Source: Desulfuromonadaceae bacterium
Lineage (GTDB): Bacteria > Desulfobacterota > Desulfuromonadia > Geobacterales > Pseudopelobacteraceae
Direction: 5' to 3'
Assembly (NCBI GenBank): GCA_028686055.1
Contig: JAQUCU010000001.1
Coordinates: forward strand, 761-64,760
DNA: 64,000 bases
Under the pieces are notes generated by a model. The model saw only the letters and a program-made list of their open reading frames with translations. It made no database searches and was not told the origin of the DNA. This document shows positions 1 to 9,377 of the stretch, piece after piece. Every line of letters begins with the position of its first letter. Position 1 is the first letter of the stretch. Both the position numbers and the translations under genes were made by a program.

Positions 1-61
1 TGACTATTACGACCATGATCTCAATCAACGTAAAACCTTTTTTATTATTTACAAGCTGCAT
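1..61 (-). CDS. Partial (5' end only) prepilin-type pseudopilin, GspG-like; continues beyond the left edge
   Basis: The reverse complement of 1-61 reads MQLVNNKKG|FTLIEIMVVIV. This is a class III signal peptide with G|F cleavage and Glu at +5, and the FTLIEIMVVIV helix is typical of the T2SS major pseudopilin. A GAAGGGG Shine-Dalgarno-like run (rc of 69-75) lies 7 nt upstream of the ATG. It is absent from the ORF track because it is truncated. Confidence 0.6.
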   Translation of the reverse strand, partial: MQLVNNKKGFTLIEIMVVIV

Positions 62-259
62 GTCTGTACCCCTTCTTTGTATATTTGCCTTCTTTTGAAC
101 TCTACTCAATAGATGGGCTGTATGGCAAGCTCTTTAAAACCGTAGGAGGCCTCAAATGAAACATCTTCTGCCTCAATTGAGATATAAACAGCGACCTTTT
201 CTGCGCCGGCAAAATGTGTTGCCCAATGGTTTCAGATAGTTGTATTTATACTTGCAGAT

Positions 260-275
260 TGGCAGACAATATGCT
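260..275 (+). promoter_or_regulatory. Candidate sigma-54 (-24/-12) promoter upstream of the cytochrome c7 gene
   Basis: TGGCAGACAATATGCT has GG and GC at exactly the consensus spacing (TGGCAC-N5-TTGCW) with one mismatch in each element. It lies about 90 nt upstream of the ATG at 367. Confidence 0.35.
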
Positions 276-366
276 AATTCATTGACAATCTATGATTAAA
301 CTGGATAATGCAATGTTACGCCATCTGCGTCCTGACGCAGTAAAAAAAGAACAAGGAGAAAATCAG

Positions 367-645
367 ATGAAAAAGATCAGTGCCGTAGTAGCCATGTTTG
401 CCGTTACCGCTTTTGCCGGAGCAGCCTTCGCAGCCGATGTAATTGAATTGCCGGCATCCTTTGGCAAAGTCACTTTCCCCCACAAAATGCATCAAGAGTT
501 GCTGAAAGACTGCAAGAAGTGCCATACAGCTGCCCCTGGCAAAATTGCAGAACTCGGCAAGGACTGGGCCCATAAAACCTGCAAAGGGTGCCACGCTGAA
601 ATGAAAAAGGGCCCGGTAGGCTGCAAAGATTGCCACAAGAAATAA
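367..645 (+). CDS. Periplasmic triheme cytochrome c7 (PpcA family)
   Basis: Three CXXCH motifs (CKKCH, CKGCH, CKDCH) lie in a roughly 70-aa mature protein. The signal peptide is MKKISAVVAMFAVTAFAGAAFA|ADV. The order FPHKMH...CKKCH...GKIAELGK...CKGCH...KKGP..C..CHKK parallels Geobacter PpcA. AAGGAGAA precedes the ATG at 367, so the ORF-track start at 292 is probably too early. Confidence 0.85.
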   Translation: MKKISAVVAMFAVTAFAGAAFAADVIELPASFGKVTFPHKMHQELLKDCKKCHTAAPGKIAELGKDWAHKTCKGCHAEMKKGPVGCKDCHKK

Positions 646-676
646 GCAGCCGGATCTAGTGGTAAAAACTAAAAAA

Positions 677-717
677 CCGGGGGTACTGCCTAGCCTGTGC
701 GTACCCCCGGTTTTTTA
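677..717. terminator. Rho-independent terminator, possibly bidirectional (cytochrome c7 / uvrB convergent)
   Basis: A 10-bp perfect stem CCGGGGGTAC (677-686) / GTACCCCCGG (701-710) encloses a 14-nt loop. A T-run follows at 711-717 and an A-run precedes the stem. Confidence 0.8.
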
Positions 718-793
718 TTATGCGTCACCGCTTCCGCTGAAAACCATCACGCTGTAACGCTAGCTTCAAGGTACTGTCAGCACTCAAACGAAT

Positions 794-2809
794 TCACCGC
801 AGCGCCAGCTCCATCTCTTCCAGTTTCTTAACCCTGTCGCGCAGCTCAGCCGCTTTCTCGAAATTCAAATCTTTGGCTGCCGCAAGCATCTCTCTGCGAA
901 GCTTTTTCACACGTTTCGGGATCTCTTTCGGCGCAATGTATTCCTCACCGGTCTCGGCAACACCGACAGGCTGTGTCACATAATCCTTCTCCTCGATCGA
1001 CTCCAGAATGCTGCGCAACCCTTTTTTAACCGTTTCAGGCGTTATACCGTGTTCTTCATTATAGGCCAGCTGCCGGAATCGTCGCCGTCCGGTTTCGTCG
1101 ATGCAGGCCTGCATCGAACGGGTCACTCCGTCACCGTACATCAGCACCCGGCCATTGATATTACGGGCAGCACGACCACAGGTCTGGATCAGAGAGCGAT
1201 GCGAACGGAGAAAACCTTCCTTGTCAGCATCAAGAATTGCTACCAGCGAAACCTCAGGCAGGTCAAGCCCTTCCCGAAGCAGGTTAATCCCGACCAGCAC
1301 GTCGAATTCCCCCAGGCGCAGATCACGGATGATCTGCATCCGCTCGATCGTGACGATGTCAGAATGGAGGTACTTTATCCGTACACCCAGTTCGCGGTAA
1401 TAGGTGGTCAGTTCTTCTGCCATCCGCTTGGTCAGGGTCGTCACCAGCACCCTCTCGCCGCGGGCAACAGTTTCTCGAACTTCATGGAGGAGGTCATCCA
1501 CCTGGCCGAGCCGATCACCCTTTGCGGTCACCGGGCGTACCTCTATGACCGGATCAACCAACCCGGTCGGGCGGATAATCTGTTCGACAAACACGCCGCC
1601 ACTCGCCTCAAGCTCATAATCAGCCGGAGTCGCCGAGACATAGACCGCCTGCCGGATGCGGGACTGAAACTCCTGGAAATTGAGCGGCCGGTTATCGAGG
1701 GCCGCCGGAAGGCGGAAACCGTAGTTGACCAGCGTATCCTTGCGCGACCGATCGCCCCGGTACATGGCGCCGGTCTGCGGAATCGTGATATGCGACTCGT
1801 CAACAAACAGCACAAAGTCATCCGGAAAATAGTCTATCAACGTATAGGGGGCATCACCAGGCTGGCGGCCGTCGAAGTAGCGGGAATAGTTTTCGATGCC
1901 GTGGCAGAATCCCATCTCCTCCATCATTTCGATGTCATAGAAGGTGCGCTGCTCGATGCGCTGCGCCTCGATGAGCATATTCTGTCCCCGGAAATAGCTG
2001 ATCCGTTCCGCCAGGTCGACCCGGATCTGCTCAACCGCCCGTTCCAGCGTTTCGCGGGTAGAGACGTAATGCGAAGCAGGATAGATCGAACATTTGGAGA
2101 GTTGCTGCAGCACAACCCCGCGCAGCGGGTCGATTTCACTGATCGCCTCCACCTCATCACCGAAAAATTCGATCCGCAGCGCCCGTTCGCTGTCATAGGC
2201 AGGAAAGATCTCAATCACATCCCCCCGCACCCTGAATGTTCCGCGATGGAAATCCATGTCGTTGCGTTCGTACTGGATCTCGATAAGCTTCCTGAGCAGT
2301 TCGTCACGCCCGACTTCGTCCCCTTGATGGAAAAAGATGTGCATAGCCTGATACGCCGCCGGTGACCCGATACCGTAAATGCAGGAAACCGAAGCAACGA
2401 TAATCACATCGCGCCTCGTCAGCAGGCTGCGCGTAGCGGAATGGCGCATTTTGTCGATCTCGTCGTTGATCGCTGAATCTTTTTCAATAAAGGTGTCGCT
2501 GGTCGGGATGTAGGCTTCAGGCTGGTAATAATCGTAGTACGAGACAAAATACTCAACGGCGTTATCCGGGAAAAGCTCCTTGAATTCGCCGTAGAGCTGG
2601 GCCGCCAGCGTCTTGTTGGGGGCCAGCACCAGCGCAGGGCGGCCGGTGCGGGCGATGACATTGGCAACTGTAAATGTCTTACCTGAACCGGTAACCCCCA
2701 GCAGCGTCTGGTGTCGGTCCCCACGCTCAATCCCCGCTACCAGCTCGTCGATTGCCTGTGGCTGGTCGCCCCGCGGGGCGTACGATGTTGTAAGATTAAA
2801 TTTCTGCAT
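794..2809 (-). CDS. uvrB: Excinuclease ABC subunit B
   Basis: Walker [11 protein letters not shown], helicase motifs and a C-terminal UVR domain ([15 protein letters not shown]). The start is set at [20 protein letters not shown] (ATG at 2809). The 60-codon upstream extension in the ORF track overlaps gltX and is Arg/Gly-rich with no recognisable features. Confidence 0.95.
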   Translation of the reverse strand: MQKFNLTTSYAPRGDQPQAIDELVAGIERGDRHQTLLGVTGSGKTFTVANVIARTGRPALVLAPNKTLAAQLYGEFKELFPDNAVEYFVSYYDYYQPEAYIPTSDTFIEKDSAINDEIDKMRHSATRSLLTRRDVIIVASVSCIYGIGSPAAYQAMHIFFHQGDEVGRDELLRKLIEIQYERNDMDFHRGTFRVRGDVIEIFPAYDSERALRIEFFGDEVEAISEIDPLRGVVLQQLSKCSIYPASHYVSTRETLERAVEQIRVDLAERISYFRGQNMLIEAQRIEQRTFYDIEMMEEMGFCHGIENYSRYFDGRQPGDAPYTLIDYFPDDFVLFVDESHITIPQTGAMYRGDRSRKDTLVNYGFRLPAALDNRPLNFQEFQSRIRQAVYVSATPADYELEASGGVFVEQIIRPTGLVDPVIEVRPVTAKGDRLGQVDDLLHEVRETVARGERVLVTTLTKRMAEELTTYYRELGVRIKYLHSDIVTIERMQIIRDLRLGEFDVLVGINLLREGLDLPEVSLVAILDADKEGFLRSHRSLIQTCGRAARNINGRVLMYGDGVTRSMQACIDETGRRRFRQLAYNEEHGITPETVKKGLRSILESIEEKDYVTQPVGVAETGEEYIAPKEIPKRVKKLRREMLAAAKDLNFEKAAELRDRVKKLEEMELALR

Positions 2810-2823
2810 AAAGCATCGCCAGA

Positions 2824-4227
2824 CTATTTTCCAGCGACATACTCCCGCGCCATCTGAATCCGCCTGACCGTTTCCTCCATACCCAGCGTCATCACTATTT
2901 CGCCGATTCCAGGCGCCTGCGTACCGCCTGACAGGGCGATCCGGACCGGCTGGCCGACCTGACCCATTTTCCAGCCATTCTCGCCGCACACCTCCTTGAA
3001 AAGCCGGTCGATTCCGGCGGCATCGTCCGCCGCCGAAGATGAAAGCTTCTCCGTGACCGCTCCGAATACCGTCAGCAGATGTCCCCTGTCAAACTTGGCC
3101 AGAGCCGCATCGTCATAACCGGCCGGTGCGTTATAGTAGAATACCGCACGCTCCGCCATCTCTTCGAGAGTCTGGGCCCGTTCCTGCAGCGTTCTGACGA
3201 CCGCCGTCAGATCCGGCCCGCCGGGCGTAGCCACCTCACGCGACGAGAGGTGCGGCATCAGCAGGTCAGCAAGCCGTTCCGGGTCGCTGTTCTTGATGTA
3301 ATGGGCATTCAGCCAGAGCAGTTTTTCAGTGTTGAATACGGAGGCGGAGCGCCCCACATTATGTATGTCGAATTTCTGGATCATTTCGTCCATGCTGAAA
3401 ATCTCGTCGTCGCCATGGCTCCACCCCAGGCGGACCAGATAGTTGAGAAGCGCCTCCGGCAAAAAACCCATATCACGATAGGCGATAACACTTGTAGCAC
3501 CATGCCGTTTGGAGAGGCGCGCCTTATCGGAACCGAGGATCATCGGCACATGAGCGAATTGCGGCACCGGAAAACCGAGCGCTTCGTAGAGTTGAATCTG
3601 ACGCGGCGTGTTGTTGACATGGTCATCTCCCCGGATGACGGTCGTGATACGCATGCTGGCATCATCAATCACCACACAGAAGTTGTAGGTTGGTGTGCCG
3701 TCGGTGCGCTGTATGATCAGGTCATCCAGTTCTTCATTCGGGAACGTGATGGTCCCTTTTATCAGGTCATCAAATGCAGTCACACCTCCCTGCGGCGCGC
3801 GGAAGCGAACTACGTACGGCTTCCCTTCCGGCTGATCATCACGTTCACGGCACGTTCCGTCATACTTGGGCTTTCGCCCTTCCTGCATGGCCAGGTTCCG
3901 TTTTGCATCCAATTCTTCGGCTGTGCAGTAGCATTTGTACGCTCTGCCCGCATCCAGCAGCTTCTGGACATATTCCTTGTAAAGCGGAAATGAGTCCGAC
4001 TGATAGAACGGCCCCTCGTCCCACTCCAGACCGAGCCACTTCATCCCTTCCAGAATTGCATCCACAGACTCTTTCGTGGAACGCTCCACATCGGTGTCTT
4101 CGATACGCAGAATGAACGTGCCACCCTGTTTTCTGGCCAGTAGCCAGTTAAAAAGCGCAGTACGGGCGCCGCCAACGTGAAGATACCCGGTAGGGCTGGG
4201 GGCAAAACGGACACGAAGTTCAGACAT
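2824..4227 (-). CDS. gltX: Glutamate--tRNA ligase
   Basis: The class I HIGH region is [19 protein letters not shown] and the KMSKS-like motif is ARLSKRHG. Length is 467 aa. Confidence 0.95.
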   Translation of the reverse strand: MSELRVRFAPSPTGYLHVGGARTALFNWLLARKQGGTFILRIEDTDVERSTKESVDAILEGMKWLGLEWDEGPFYQSDSFPLYKEYVQKLLDAGRAYKCYCTAEELDAKRNLAMQEGRKPKYDGTCRERDDQPEGKPYVVRFRAPQGGVTAFDDLIKGTITFPNEELDDLIIQRTDGTPTYNFCVVIDDASMRITTVIRGDDHVNNTPRQIQLYEALGFPVPQFAHVPMILGSDKARLSKRHGATSVIAYRDMGFLPEALLNYLVRLGWSHGDDEIFSMDEMIQKFDIHNVGRSASVFNTEKLLWLNAHYIKNSDPERLADLLMPHLSSREVATPGGPDLTAVVRTLQERAQTLEEMAERAVFYYNAPAGYDDAALAKFDRGHLLTVFGAVTEKLSSSAADDAAGIDRLFKEVCGENGWKMGQVGQPVRIALSGGTQAPGIGEIVMTLGMEETVRRIQMAREYVAGK

Positions 4228-4400
4228 TGACTTACTCCTTTGAATGGGTACTGCTTAAAAAGTGATTATGTGGGTGTTACTATAGCATTCCAGACCACAC
4301 CGAAAAAGCATTTTCTGTCCGGCAGAGGTGCTTTTAACTTTGACAAAACTCGCAATAGTCGTGCTACTATCCTCTCAAAACAGTGTTCTTGGGGTGGCCG

Positions 4401-6251
4401 ATGCAGACCATAGATTCGTTGTTCAGAGAGAGTTGCCAAAAACACAGCGACCAGCCGGCGCTATGCTACAAACTTGCAGGGGTGTGGCACAACATGACCT
4501 ATGGTGCCCTGTGGGAACTGTCCGACCGCATTGCGGCAGGCATGATCAAGAGCGGCTTCAAAGCGGGCGATCACGCCGCTCTGCTGGCACCATCGTCACC
4601 GCAGTGGGTGGCAGCATATCTAGGGATTCTGAAGGCTGGCGGAGTAGCTGTTCCTATCGACAAGGAACTGAAGGCTGCTGAACTACGCCACATCCTGACT
4701 GATTGCGATGCCCGCCTGGTATTCACCGCTCCACCATGCCTTGATCTGCTTTTGGAAATATTCCCGGGTATCCCGGTTCTGGAACGGATCGTTACCCTCA
4801 CTCCGGCCGCCGGCGAGGGAGATTCCAGAGCGCTCCAGGCCCTGGACGCACTGGTTGAAGAATGGCACGAACTGGTCTCTGCTGTGGATCTGCCAGTGGA
4901 ACGCCGCAGTACACTGGAGGTTCTGGCCCGCCAGCTGTACCGCCAGTTATGCCCCTCCTGCTCTGAAACGGGTACTTTGACCGAACCGCTCGACCCGACA
5001 GAACGGCTCCGGAGTAAGCTCACGCGCGAGGAAAAGCTGCTGCCATTGAACACTCTCTGCCACAGCGCTCCGCTCCCCGATAAACCGCGCAACCAGAACG
5101 ATACGGCAGTTATCCTGTATACATCAGGGACAACCGGACGCTCCAAAGGTGCCATGCTCAGCCACTCAAATATTGTCTCCAATATCAAGGGGGCAGCACG
5201 GCATTTCCATCTGGACAGCAGCATACACACGCTCTCTTTCCTGCCGGTTAACCATGTCTTTGAACAGGTCTGCGGAATTTTGCTGCCACTCTCGCTGGGT
5301 GGCAAGGTCTCTTTCTGCGAGTCGCTGAAAAAGCTTGGAGAAAATCTTGCAGAGGTCAAGCCGACTTTTTTTCTGGCGGTACCGGCCGTATACCGGATGA
5401 TCCTCGACCGGATCACAAAGAGTGTTAACTCAAAAAAACTATCGCGGCTGCTGTTTTCGCTGCCGCTGACACGGCCGATTGTAACCTCTAAAGTTCGCCA
5501 GACCTTCGGTTCCGGTACCATCTTCATCAGTGGCGGGGCGGCGCTCGACCCGGCCATCGTCATGGGGATGACACAGTTCGGTTTATCTATATACCAGGGG
5601 TACGGCATTACCGAAACATCACCGATTATCAGTGCAGAGCAGCCGGGTGCCAAGCGGCCCGGCACCATTGGACGCCTGCTGGACAGTGTTGAGGTCCGGA
5701 TTGATGAACCGAATGATGAGGGAGTGGGCGAGATCATCGTAAAGGGGCCGAATGTTATGCAGGGGTATTACAAGAACCCCCAAGCTACGGCTGAAGTCCT
5801 TGCGGATGGCTGGTATCGCACCGGCGACCTCGGCCTTCTCAGCAAAGACGGTTTTTTGACAATAAGCGGCAGAGTCAAGAACCTGATAGTGACCCCCAAC
5901 GGCAAGAACGTGTATCCGGAAGAGGTGGAAAACGAGCTTCTGAAAAGCCGGTTCATTGCCGAAGTAATGGTCTATGGTCACCGGGTCGGCACAACATCGG
6001 AGGAGATTCACGCAATCATCTATCCCGAACAGGAAGCGCTTGACCATCAATACCGGATTAACGGCAACTCCACGATGAGCGAGTCTGATGTTGAAGCACT
6101 GCTGCGGGTCGAAGTCCAGAAAGCCTGCAACGGCCTGGCAGATTACAAACGGGTCCGCAAGTTTACGATCCGCGAAGATGAATTCCCCAAAACAACAACC
6201 CGCAAGATCAAACGCTTCGCCGTAGAGGCCAGTATCTCGACCGGGCATTGA
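4401..6251 (+). CDS. AMP-dependent synthetase/ligase (long-chain acyl-CoA synthetase-like)
   Basis: The AMP-binding signature is LYTSGTTGRSKGAMLSH, with GYGITETSP and YRTGDLG also present. The start could be ATG 4401 (MQTIDSLF) or GTG 4383. Confidence 0.8.
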   Translation: MQTIDSLFRESCQKHSDQPALCYKLAGVWHNMTYGALWELSDRIAAGMIKSGFKAGDHAALLAPSSPQWVAAYLGILKAGGVAVPIDKELKAAELRHILTDCDARLVFTAPPCLDLLLEIFPGIPVLERIVTLTPAAGEGDSRALQALDALVEEWHELVSAVDLPVERRSTLEVLARQLYRQLCPSCSETGTLTEPLDPTERLRSKLTREEKLLPLNTLCHSAPLPDKPRNQNDTAVILYTSGTTGRSKGAMLSHSNIVSNIKGAARHFHLDSSIHTLSFLPVNHVFEQVCGILLPLSLGGKVSFCESLKKLGENLAEVKPTFFLAVPAVYRMILDRITKSVNSKKLSRLLFSLPLTRPIVTSKVRQTFGSGTIFISGGAALDPAIVMGMTQFGLSIYQGYGITETSPIISAEQPGAKRPGTIGRLLDSVEVRIDEPNDEGVGEIIVKGPNVMQGYYKNPQATAEVLADGWYRTGDLGLLSKDGFLTISGRVKNLIVTPNGKNVYPEEVENELLKSRFIAEVMVYGHRVGTTSEEIHAIIYPEQEALDHQYRINGNSTMSESDVEALLRVEVQKACNGLADYKRVRKFTIREDEFPKTTTRKIKRFAVEASISTGH

Positions 6252-6267
6252 TTGACCATCCGGTGGT

Positions 6268-7218
6268 TTATCTGAATTCAGGCCGGCGACACCCCTGCCA
6301 ACTGCCGCGCCTTGTCAGCTCGGTGACTATCGCGTACCACATCTGATTATTCTTCAACCCCCACTGCGGGGCGACGCATATCTCCAGAGGGGCCGAGCCA
6401 TAAAGACGCTGGATCGTTATCCGTGGCGGGAGCAGCTCCAGAAAGTCGGCCACCGTCGTTATGTACTGCTCCAACGTTAACGGGACAAATTCACCCCGCC
6501 GGTACATCTCAGCCAGCTCAGTCCCTTCCACGGCATGCAGCTGGTGCAGTTTGAGCGAGTCGATCGGCAAGCCAGCCATCAGGTCGGCAGTTTTCAGAAA
6601 ATCTGCCGAGCTCTCCCCCGGAAAACCATAAATCAGGTGGGCACAGATGTCAAAATTCCGCCCGGAGGCTCGATTGACCGCCAGCATGAAATCCTCCAGG
6701 GTGTGGCCACGGTTGATGCGATTCAGAATAACATCATCCATCGACTGCAACCCCAATTCAAGACAGACATATTTCGTCCGCGCGATGTCCGCCAACAGAT
6801 CGAGGGCTTCATCACTCAGGGAGTCCGGTCGCGTTCCGACCGAAATGCCGATCACGTCAGGGTGGTCGAGGGCCCGGCGATACAGGTCTGCCAGCAGCTC
6901 CACCGAACCGTAGGTGTTGGTGTATTTCTGAAAATAAATGATGAACTTTTCAGAGCCGAGCCGGACACGATGATAGGCCATACCCGCCGTCATCTGCTCT
7001 TCCAGCGGCACGACTGCTTGAGTCTCCTTGGGAGAAAACGATACGTTGTTACAGTATATACAACCTCCGGTTCCCTTGCTGCCGTCACGATTGGGGCAGG
7101 TAAAGCCGGCGTCCACGTTTACCTTGCTGACACGGAAACCGAAGCGTCGGCGCAGGTAGGTCCCGTAGGAGTTGATGTGAAGTTGTGGGTGAAGTCGTTC
7201 GTCAGGGGTGTTGGGCAT
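6268..7218 (-). CDS. Radical SAM protein, YhcC/TIGR01212 family
   Basis: FTCPNRDGSKGTGGCIYCN, YFQKYTNTY, GTRPD, LELGLQS, INRGH and GFPGES are colinear with E. coli YhcC as I remember it. The start at MPNTPDER (7218) overlaps the thiE stop by 17 nt. Confidence 0.8.
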   Translation of the reverse strand: MPNTPDERLHPQLHINSYGTYLRRRFGFRVSKVNVDAGFTCPNRDGSKGTGGCIYCNNVSFSPKETQAVVPLEEQMTAGMAYHRVRLGSEKFIIYFQKYTNTYGSVELLADLYRRALDHPDVIGISVGTRPDSLSDEALDLLADIARTKYVCLELGLQSMDDVILNRINRGHTLEDFMLAVNRASGRNFDICAHLIYGFPGESSADFLKTADLMAGLPIDSLKLHQLHAVEGTELAEMYRRGEFVPLTLEQYITTVADFLELLPPRITIQRLYGSAPLEICVAPQWGLKNNQMWYAIVTELTRRGSWQGCRRPEFR

Positions 7219-7846
7219 ACTCTTCGATCTTTTCAAGCAGGGATGCGGCGGCGAAGCGCGGATCGGCTGCAGCCAGTATGGCCGATATGACTGCAATGCC
7301 CTGTATATCGGCAGACAGCGCTTCGGTTATGTTTGCCTGTGTAATGCCGCCAAGGGCGATGACAGGTACTTTCAGGGCGCGGGCGGCATCTGCCAGTTTT
7401 TTGACTCCGCAGGGGGCGCCGTAGGCGGCCTTGGATGGCGTAGGATACACCGGACTGAATGTCAGAAAATCTGCCCCGTCCGCCTCGGCGCGCAGAGCCT
7501 CATCAATTGCATGAGCAGAATAGCCGATAATCATCTTCCGCCCCAGCATCCGGCGGACGGTAGCCACAGGCAGGCTGCCTGCTCCGAGGTGGACACCGTC
7601 AGCCTCTGCGGCCAGCGCTATATCCGGACGCTCGTTGAGGATAAGACGGGCGTCAAAATCAGATGTAAGCCGCCTCAGTTCGCGGGCCAGGCGGTACAAT
7701 TCCGCACTGGAGAGATCCTTTTCTCGCAGCTGAACGGCTCTGACACCCCCTTCAAGCGCCCCGCGCACAGCTTCTGTCAACGTCCTGCCGCATGTCTGAT
7801 ACCGGTCGGTGATCAGGTACAGGCTGAAGTCGCTTGTCCGCATCAT
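7202..7846 (-). CDS. thiE: Thiamine-phosphate synthase
   Basis: LYLITDR at the N-terminus, VQLREKD, and GADFLTFSPVYPTPSK; 214 aa. Confidence 0.9.
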   Translation of the reverse strand: MMRTSDFSLYLITDRYQTCGRTLTEAVRGALEGGVRAVQLREKDLSSAELYRLARELRRLTSDFDARLILNERPDIALAAEADGVHLGAGSLPVATVRRMLGRKMIIGYSAHAIDEALRAEADGADFLTFSPVYPTPSKAAYGAPCGVKKLADAARALKVPVIALGGITQANITEALSADIQGIAVISAILAAADPRFAAASLLEKIEEYAQHP

Positions 7847-7855
7847 GGTTGGTAT

Positions 7856-8635
7856 TTAACCGATAAGGCCATCCAGCGGGCTGGAGGCATTGGCATACAG
7901 CTTGCGCGGGATCCGGCCGGCCCTGAAGGACAATCTCCCGGCAATAACCGCCAGCTTCATCGCTTCCGCCATGGCTATCGGGTCCTGTGCGCCTGCGATA
8001 GCGGTGTTCATGAGAACCCCGGCACACCCCAGCTCCATAGCGATGGCGGCGTCGGAGGCACAGCCGACTCCAGCATCCACGATGACCGGTATGCTGACAT
8101 TCTCAAGAATTATACGGATATTGTAAGGGTTCCGAATGCCGAGTCCGCTGCCGATCGGAGCTCCCAGCGGCATTACGGCTGCGCAGCCAAGGTCTTCCAG
8201 CTTTTTGCAGACGATCACATCGTCGCTGCAGTATGGCAGTACGGTAAAACCCTCTGCCACCAGAATTTTTGCTGCTTTGAGCAGTTCCTCGTTGTCCGGG
8301 AAAAGTGTTTTTTCGTCGCCCAGCACCTCCAGTTTGACGAAATCGGACATGCCGGCCTCGCGTGCCAGACGGCAGGTCCGGACCGCATCATCAGCGGTGT
8401 AGCAGCCGGCGGTGTTGGGAAGCAGCGTGTATTTTTTCGGGTCGATGTAATCGAGCAGCGACTCCTTGCTGCGGTCAAGATTTACCCGCCGCACCGCCAC
8501 CGTGATGATCTCAGCACCGGATATTTCCAGCGCCCTGGCTGTCTGTTCAAAACTGGCATACTTTCCGGTACCCACCATCAGGCGCGAAGTAAACTCCCGC
8601 CCGCCAATGCTCCATTTATCCACAGTCTCTGCCAT
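7856..8635 (-). CDS. thiG: Thiazole synthase
   Basis: [31 protein letters not shown] and [12 protein letters not shown]; 259 aa. Confidence 0.95.
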   Translation of the reverse strand: MAETVDKWSIGGREFTSRLMVGTGKYASFEQTARALEISGAEIITVAVRRVNLDRSKESLLDYIDPKKYTLLPNTAGCYTADDAVRTCRLAREAGMSDFVKLEVLGDEKTLFPDNEELLKAAKILVAEGFTVLPYCSDDVIVCKKLEDLGCAAVMPLGAPIGSGLGIRNPYNIRIILENVSIPVIVDAGVGCASDAAIAMELGCAGVLMNTAIAGAQDPIAMAEAMKLAVIAGRLSFRAGRIPRKLYANASSPLDGLIG

Positions 8636-8640
8636 ACCGG

Positions 8641-8841
8641 TTACCCTCCGCCAACAAAATGGACTATCTCTATCTTATCACCATCTGAAAGGAGCTGTTT
8701 TTCATAGTCGGGCTTCGGAACGATATCGGCATTCAGCTCAACCGCCACCCGCTCCCGGCTGATCCCGAGCTGCAGCAGCAGCGATCCGACCGTGGCTCCG
8801 TCCGCCGTCACTACATAATCACCGTTCAGAAGAATCTGCAT
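8641..8841 (-). CDS. thiS: Sulfur carrier protein ThiS
   Basis: 66 aa, [10 protein letters not shown]...EIVHFVGGG, with a C-terminal Gly-Gly. The ATG at 8841 is chosen over the longer ORF-track start at 8895. Confidence 0.9.
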   Translation of the reverse strand: MQILLNGDYVVTADGATVGSLLLQLGISRERVAVELNADIVPKPDYEKQLLSDGDKIEIVHFVGGG

Positions 8842-8897
8842 ATCAACCCCCACAAACAAAAAAAACCGCAGAAGCGGCTTGTTTGATACATACAATC

Positions 8898-8982
8898 GGT
8901 CGCGCTTCCCTACGCCGGCATTACCCGGATCAGGTACGAAGGGTCGCGGTTATACCGCTCTCAGTCGAAACTCCCCCAGCTT
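8898..8982 (-). promoter_or_regulatory. TPP (THI-box) riboswitch upstream of thiS-thiG-thiE
   Basis: The rc of 8901-8980 is GCTGGGGGAGTTTCGACTGAGAGCGGTATAACCGCGACCCTTCGTACCTGATCCGGGTAATGCCGGCGTAGGGAAGCGCG. It contains the conserved CTGAGA, ACCCTT, ACCTGATCCGGGTAATGCCGGCGTAGGGAAG elements in the canonical order. Confidence 0.9.
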
Positions 8983-9377
8983 TTAACCAAGGTAGATTAT
9001 TGGCGCTGCTCTGTCAATTCAATTTTAGTGCGTTAGAATTGGTTTTATGCGTGTTTCTGGCAGAAAATCGGTTTGTTAGCGTACCCATCTCCTGTTTATC
9101 ATGGTTAGTCGAGTGCACGTGCCCGGCATGATGATATTTTTGTGTTTATTGCCTGCTAACAATTGAAATTCCTGGCTGTTTCTGGCATTGTAACGGACAT
9201 ATATGCGGCCTGTTCTTCCAACCCGGACACCGGAGGACGCAAAGAATGGCAGATAAACGAAATTTCGGTCATGTAAAAAGCGCATGTCTTACGTTTTAAA
9301 TCCGGTGAAGATGCCTTTAATCATTTTATAGAGAACGTACCAACGCCGCTTTAGTGCGTTACAGGAGACACTCAGCC

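Noticed and set aside
1049-2365. A 438-aa plus-strand ORF inside uvrB; similar long antisense ORFs at 3079-3993, 4571-5737, 15460-16191, 21297-21974, 37813-38649, 38646-39767 and 62281-63051
   Set aside because: Each lies opposite a confidently identified housekeeping gene (uvrB, gltX, the acyl-CoA synthetase gene, purA, the TPR gene, the PLD- and FAH-family genes, gpmI, gyrB). None has a motif, signal sequence or SD that I can see, so I treat them as antisense shadow ORFs.
2810-2989. N-terminal extensions in the ORF track: uvrB to 2989, glnE to 28364, mnmG to 53428, thiS to 8895, ttcA to 11584, and the cytochrome c7 gene from 292
   Set aside because: The extensions overlap the upstream gene or a riboswitch, or lack an RBS, and encode low-complexity sequence. 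Internal ATGs give N-termini that match the known families and normal protein lengths.
7208-8707. A 499-aa ORF on the plus strand spanning the thiE-thiG region
   Set aside because: It is entirely antisense to two genes with unmistakable ThiE and ThiG motifs. Its translation is rich in Arg, Gly, Cys and His with no recognisable motif or RBS. Shadow ORFs of this kind are typical of GC-rich coding DNA.
9052-9200. Two CTGGCA elements (9058-9062, 9083-9087 region) considered as sigma-54 -24 boxes
   Set aside because: Neither has a GC dinucleotide at the -12 position (CGGT and CGGA instead of TTGC). They are reported only as repeats, not as promoters.
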